From NCBI GenBank assembly GCA_016190895.1, contig JACPPR010000030.1, positions 241 to 64,240 on the forward strand: a stretch of DNA of 64,000 nucleotides, in the 5' to 3' direction. The position numbers were made by a program, and so were the translations under genes. Below the pieces are notes generated by a model. It had not been told where the DNA came from and did no database searches. It saw nothing but the letters and a program-made list of their open reading frames with translations. Positions 60,591 through 64,000 of this stretch are shown in pieces (position 1 is the first letter of the stretch; every line of letters starts with the position of its first letter). The stretch comes from Chloroflexota bacterium. GTDB lineage: Bacteria > Chloroflexota > Dehalococcoidia > Dehalococcoidales > UBA2162.

Positions 60591-61301
60591 ATGGGGTTCG
60601 GGGTGAGCCTTACTACCTTACTGCTCTCAATCGGCACCGGGACCGCTCAGGCAAGCGCCGCCGTCCACATAGTGAAGATATTTGCCGGCTTTTTCTCGGG
60701 GGTCTCACATTTCAGGTTGGGCAATTTTGACAAGAGAATCTTTATCTACCTGACTGGCTCCGGAGTCATCGGGGGAGCTATCGGCGCTTATGCTGCGGTA
60801 AAGTTTCAAGAAGTTTCTCTAATCACAACTTTCGTGTCAGGCATCCTATTATTAATGGGGTTGCTGATTATCATCAAATACGCTAGGAAGAAAGAGGGAG
60901 CTCTGGAGCACGAATATGAGACGCCCCACCGAAGACATCTTATTCCTCTTGGCTTGGTCGCTTCTTTCGTCGACGCCATCGGGGGTGGGGGATGGGGTCC
61001 TATCTCTACACCGATTCTAGTGGTCAATAACACGCATCCTGCCAAAGCCATCGGTTCTGTCAACGCTGCCGAGTTCTTTGTCACTCTTTCAATCTCTGCA
61101 ACCTTTCTGTTGACCTTGACCAAATTCGAGTGGACGTTTATCCTTCCGATGATTATCGGCAGTATTATTGCCGCACCGCTGGCGGCGATGATCACAAGAA
61201 AATTACCCCACCGAGCCTTAGGGATTGTCGTTGGCTGTGTGATAATATTCCTGAGTTTGAGGACTATCTTGAAGCTGGCGGGTGTGGGATTCTTATTTTA
61301 G
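60591..61301 (+). CDS. TauE/SafE-family sulfite/anion exporter, 5' end apparently disrupted
   Basis: Multi-TM. The conserved first-TM motif (...LFVLAFAFIAQLIDGGIGMGFGV) continues upstream of the first ATG in frame, with no canonical start back to the TAA at 60507. Confidence 0.7.
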   Translation: MGFGVSLTTLLLSIGTGTAQASAAVHIVKIFAGFFSGVSHFRLGNFDKRIFIYLTGSGVIGGAIGAYAAVKFQEVSLITTFVSGILLLMGLLIIIKYARKKEGALEHEYETPHRRHLIPLGLVASFVDAIGGGGWGPISTPILVVNNTHPAKAIGSVNAAEFFVTLSISATFLLTLTKFEWTFILPMIIGSIIAAPLAAMITRKLPHRALGIVVGCVIIFLSLRTILKLAGVGFLF

Positions 61302-61370
61302 GTTGGGAAGTGATATCCGGTTTATCCTGACCGATTTCCAGGCTGTCCGACCTTCGTTCCGGCCGGCCTT

Positions 61371-61403
61371 GGTAGCACAGGCGTCCCCGCCTGTGCTCGT
61401 ACC
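61371..61403. repeat. Same hairpin family
   Basis: GCACAGGCGtcccCGCCTGTGC, after tauE. Confidence 0.8.
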
Positions 61404-61454
61404 GTAGCCTCTTCGGCCCTAAAGAGGGCTGAGGGGGTGAGGTCAGCAAGTCAG

Positions 61455-62165
61455 CTAATCGGCTGCAATTTTCTTGAACCCGTGAATCAGGGGCACCCGG
61501 TAGAAGCCGAAGACCTCCCGGCTGCGCAGGAAACCCAGGAAAATGATGATGATGCCCAGCAGTTCGAAGACATAGAAGAGCTGGAGGTTGCCGATGGCTC
61601 TCATTATTCCCCCGCCGATAGCCGGCAACAACACACCGAGAGCAATCAGAAGGTTGGATGAGACGCGGTGGGGCAGTATTTTCTTGCGCATGAATACCCA
61701 GGAACTGTATATTGCCCCGCCCACCAGCACCAGCGTGGCAGTATAGCTCAGGTAGCGGGATAAAGCCCGGACGCTTTCTGGTAAGACCCTGCCGGAAAGG
61801 TGCTCCAGACTGCTCAGGTCGATAGGGGTGGTATAGACACGGGCGGCAGCGTAAATCGATACCGCCAGCAATACCGCCATAATGACGTGAGCCAGCCGCC
61901 TCGGGGTAAGCAAGTAAATCGTGCCCATCCCAAGGTAAGCCGCTACCAGAATTGCCCCAAAAAGGTACCACAAGCGGTAAGCGGCCAAACTTATGCCGTT
62001 CGCCTCTGCCCAGAACTCCGCCCCCGTGCTGATAGCGTACATAAGTAAGCCTATCGCCCAGACAAGCTGATAGGGTTTTCTGCGGGCAAAGAACTGGTCC
62101 AGAACAGTTACGGCGAAAATAAGACTGACAATGGCGGATATCAGCGGTATGACGGCAGTACTCAT
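61455..62165 (-). CDS. Hypothetical integral membrane protein (about 7 TM)
   Basis: 236 aa, hydrophobic periodicity, good start context. Preferred over the overlapping 342-aa R/P/G-rich ORF 61264-62292. Confidence 0.65.
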   Translation of the reverse strand: MSTAVIPLISAIVSLIFAVTVLDQFFARRKPYQLVWAIGLLMYAISTGAEFWAEANGISLAAYRLWYLFGAILVAAYLGMGTIYLLTPRRLAHVIMAVLLAVSIYAAARVYTTPIDLSSLEHLSGRVLPESVRALSRYLSYTATLVLVGGAIYSSWVFMRKKILPHRVSSNLLIALGVLLPAIGGGIMRAIGNLQLFYVFELLGIIIIFLGFLRSREVFGFYRVPLIHGFKKIAAD

Positions 62166-62286
62166 ATATTCTCCTTGTTATGCTGGATTTACGGCGGTTT
62201 TTAATAACATAATATAGCACAATATTTTCGGTAAGGAAATACGGCCCGACTTCCCGCAATCCGTGGATTCTCGGAAACGGTTGGCC

Positions 62287-62430
62287 CGTCATTGCGAGAC
62301 CATCCCGACTTTGTCGGGAGGCGAAGCAATCCGTGTGGGGCGAAACCTTCCACCCAGATTGCCACGTCGCTTCACTCCTCGCAATGACACCTCGGTGAGA
62401 TTCTTGGATTCAGACTCACGGATTAGAGAG
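62287..62430 (+). repeat. ~140-nt ATTGCGAG-family element, left copy flanking the UPF0261 gene
   Basis: Alignable end to end with 63808-63962 in the same orientation. Confidence 0.85.
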
Positions 62431-62470
62431 TTCCTGGAGAGCAGCAGCATGGCTTGCCTACCGCATAGGC

Positions 62471-63688
62471 TCACTGTTCGATGATATCAAGGAATTCATT
62501 TGCCACCGCCTGGGCAAATTCATCATCATTGATGTGGGCGTCGATTTCCTTCACTGTAATGGCTCTGTTCAACGAACTTTTTAGAGAATCGATGAACGCC
62601 TCATCGGCTGCGGGGTCGTAAAAAATGTTTCCCACGCGGTCGAGTGAAGAGAAACCGCGCAGAGGAATCAGCACTCTCACCGGCCCGCTAGCCCGGTTCA
62701 GTTTCCTGGCTACTTCCTTGCCAATTACTCTTAGTTCCTCGGCATTTACTCTCGGCAGGGTTGCCTGCGGGTTATGATAAGCGATGGTACTGTTTTTATA
62801 TCGTTCAGGCAGCGTCTCCGGAGCCAGGAAGTTTAAGATATCGATGCAGCCGGGAGTGACAATTTGTGGGATTCCCTTCTCACCGGCGGCTTCAAGGCGG
62901 TGTGGGCCGGCCGAGGCAAGTCCGCCAAAAAGCTCGTTCCCGATTTCGTTTAATCCTAGCTCTATGACACCCTTTACCGAATTGGTTTTAATCAATTCTT
63001 CGAAGGTCTGCCCGCCGACGCCGATAGCGTGAAATATGGCTACCTCGAAGCCCCTGTCTTCAAGAGATGCTTTAACTCTCAGCCCGCAGCCAGTGGACAG
63101 ACCGGTCATGGTCATGAACACCAGCGGTTTCCCAGATTCCTCGGCTTCGGCTGCTCCCACCATACCGATGATGGCGCCGACTGCTGTGCTTAAGGCGCCT
63201 CTGGTCAGCCTGTTCAATCCGGCTATGTCGGCCACCGATGGCATGACGACGATATCCTTGGTTCCTACATAGTTGCGGATGCCCGCCTGAACAATCTTTT
63301 GGGAAGAGAGCATAAACTTGGGCACGCCTATGGGAAGCCCCTTCATCACTGCCGAGGCTACCGCGGAACCCATGCCGCCTCCTATGGAAATGACCCCCCG
63401 AAATTTGCCTGCCCGGTACAAATCTGTGGCGATTTTTATGGCTCCGGCTGTCATAATTTTCGCAGCCGGGCCGGATTCCGGAAGCGCCCTGACTGCCTCG
63501 ATTGTGCTGCCGGCTGCCCTGGCGACTTCATCGGCGGTGATATCGGCAGCGAAGGCAGCTTTCTCCTGGCTGCTGATGTCCATAACCAGAGCGCGGAAGC
63601 CCCTCTTCCGGTCTATCAGTTGTTTTACGTAATCAAGCTCGGGGCCTTTGGTATCCAGTGTCCCGATGCACAGAATAGTCTTTTTCAA
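62471..63688 (-). CDS. UPF0261 / Tm-1-like ATP-binding domain protein
   Basis: 405 aa, starting MKKTILCIGTLDTKGPELDYVKQLI... Confidence 0.75.
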   Translation of the reverse strand: MKKTILCIGTLDTKGPELDYVKQLIDRKRGFRALVMDISSQEKAAFAADITADEVARAAGSTIEAVRALPESGPAAKIMTAGAIKIATDLYRAGKFRGVISIGGGMGSAVASAVMKGLPIGVPKFMLSSQKIVQAGIRNYVGTKDIVVMPSVADIAGLNRLTRGALSTAVGAIIGMVGAAEAEESGKPLVFMTMTGLSTGCGLRVKASLEDRGFEVAIFHAIGVGGQTFEELIKTNSVKGVIELGLNEIGNELFGGLASAGPHRLEAAGEKGIPQIVTPGCIDILNFLAPETLPERYKNSTIAYHNPQATLPRVNAEELRVIGKEVARKLNRASGPVRVLIPLRGFSSLDRVGNIFYDPAADEAFIDSLKSSLNRAITVKEIDAHINDDEFAQAVANEFLDIIEQ

Positions 63689-63807
63689 AACGGCACCTCC
63701 GTCAAGTTTGGAAGGTTTTTCGTGTTTCTATTCTACCCCCAATGACAAGGTGTATCAATACAAATATGATGACTCGCGATCCATCGATTTTCATAACCAG
63801 TCTACCT

Positions 63808-63962
63808 CGTCATTGCGAGACCATTCCGCTGCAGCGGAAGGCGAAGCAATCCGTGAGGGGAGGGGGTTTTACCCCTCCCAGATTGCCACGTCGCTTCGCT
63901 CCTCGCAATGACACCTCGGCGGTGAGATTCCTGAATTCGGACTTACGGATTAAGGATTAAGG
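63808..63962 (+). repeat. ~150-nt ATTGCGAG-family element, right copy
   Basis: CGTCATTGCGAGACCAT.CCG...GGCGAAGCAATCCGTG...CAGATTGCCACGTCGCTTC.CTCCTCGCAATGACACCTCGG. Confidence 0.85.
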
Positions 63963-64000
63963 ATGACTCACTAGGTTGACGAGTATTGGCAGAGATGTTA

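Noticed and set aside
61264-62292. 342-aa minus-strand ORF overlapping the 236-aa membrane protein ORF
   Set aside because: It is R/P/G-rich with no hydrophobic periodicity, and it runs through a repeat element at its 5' end. The alternative frame 61455-62165 gives a coherent multi-TM protein.
62263-62484. 73-aa ORF (and its twin at 63742-63960)
   Set aside because: Both are translations of the two copies of the ATTGCGAG-family repeat (RHCETIP...RLPRRF.PRNDTS), so they are repeat artefacts.

Overview
This is a 64-kb, moderately GC-rich bacterial chromosomal window. Gene content and order suggest an uncultivated anaerobe of Chloroflexota/Dehalococcoidia-like character, but that taxonomy is inference only. 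I saw no rRNA, tRNA or CRISPR array.

Content from left to right:
(i) A minus-strand shikimate supra-operon, aroB-aroD-MTase-aroE-aroK-aroA-aroC-pheA.
(ii) A SnoaL-like gene, rtcB-archease, and an MFS transporter.
(iii) thrS-infC-rpmI-rplT-pheS-pheT, with a convergent proS.
(iv) A small low-GC islet: a DUF4258/DUF2283 pair, a Nudix gene, and a membrane protein coupled to ispG.
(v) A minus-strand block, rpsB-tsf-pyrH-frr-uppS-cdsA-dxr-rseP-ispG.
(vi) A ~24-kb nitrogen-assimilation supercluster. It holds a split multi-subunit glutamate synthase interleaved with hisH/hisF, a pseudo-receiver OmpR-type regulator, a CPA2 antiporter, three amt genes, glnK, glnA, valS, a second glnA, nadE and an NrpR-like regulator.
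(vii) A hicBA cassette bracketed by a duplicated nrpR 3' end.
(viii) An Rrf2-headed sulfur-assimilation cluster.
(ix) A membrane protein and a UPF0261 gene flanked by direct repeats.

Almost every intergenic spacer is filled by several families of short palindromic/MITE-like repeats. Two of these also sit in frame inside coding sequences (ispG and the FAD oxidoreductase).

Most interesting observations:
- Three candidate leader-peptide transcription attenuators: a Tyr/Phe leader before the aro operon, a pheM-like Phe leader before pheST, and a Val4 leader before valS. Two of them share a near-identical back half.
- 11-bp phased GTAAC/TTAAC/GTAAT/GAAAC boxes upstream of all three amt units, resembling actinobacterial GlnR boxes, next to an atypical OmpR-family regulator.
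- An archaeal-type NrpR homologue.
- A 12-bp stem that sequesters the glnA2 start codon.

All function calls come from reading the translations by eye. No database search was possible.
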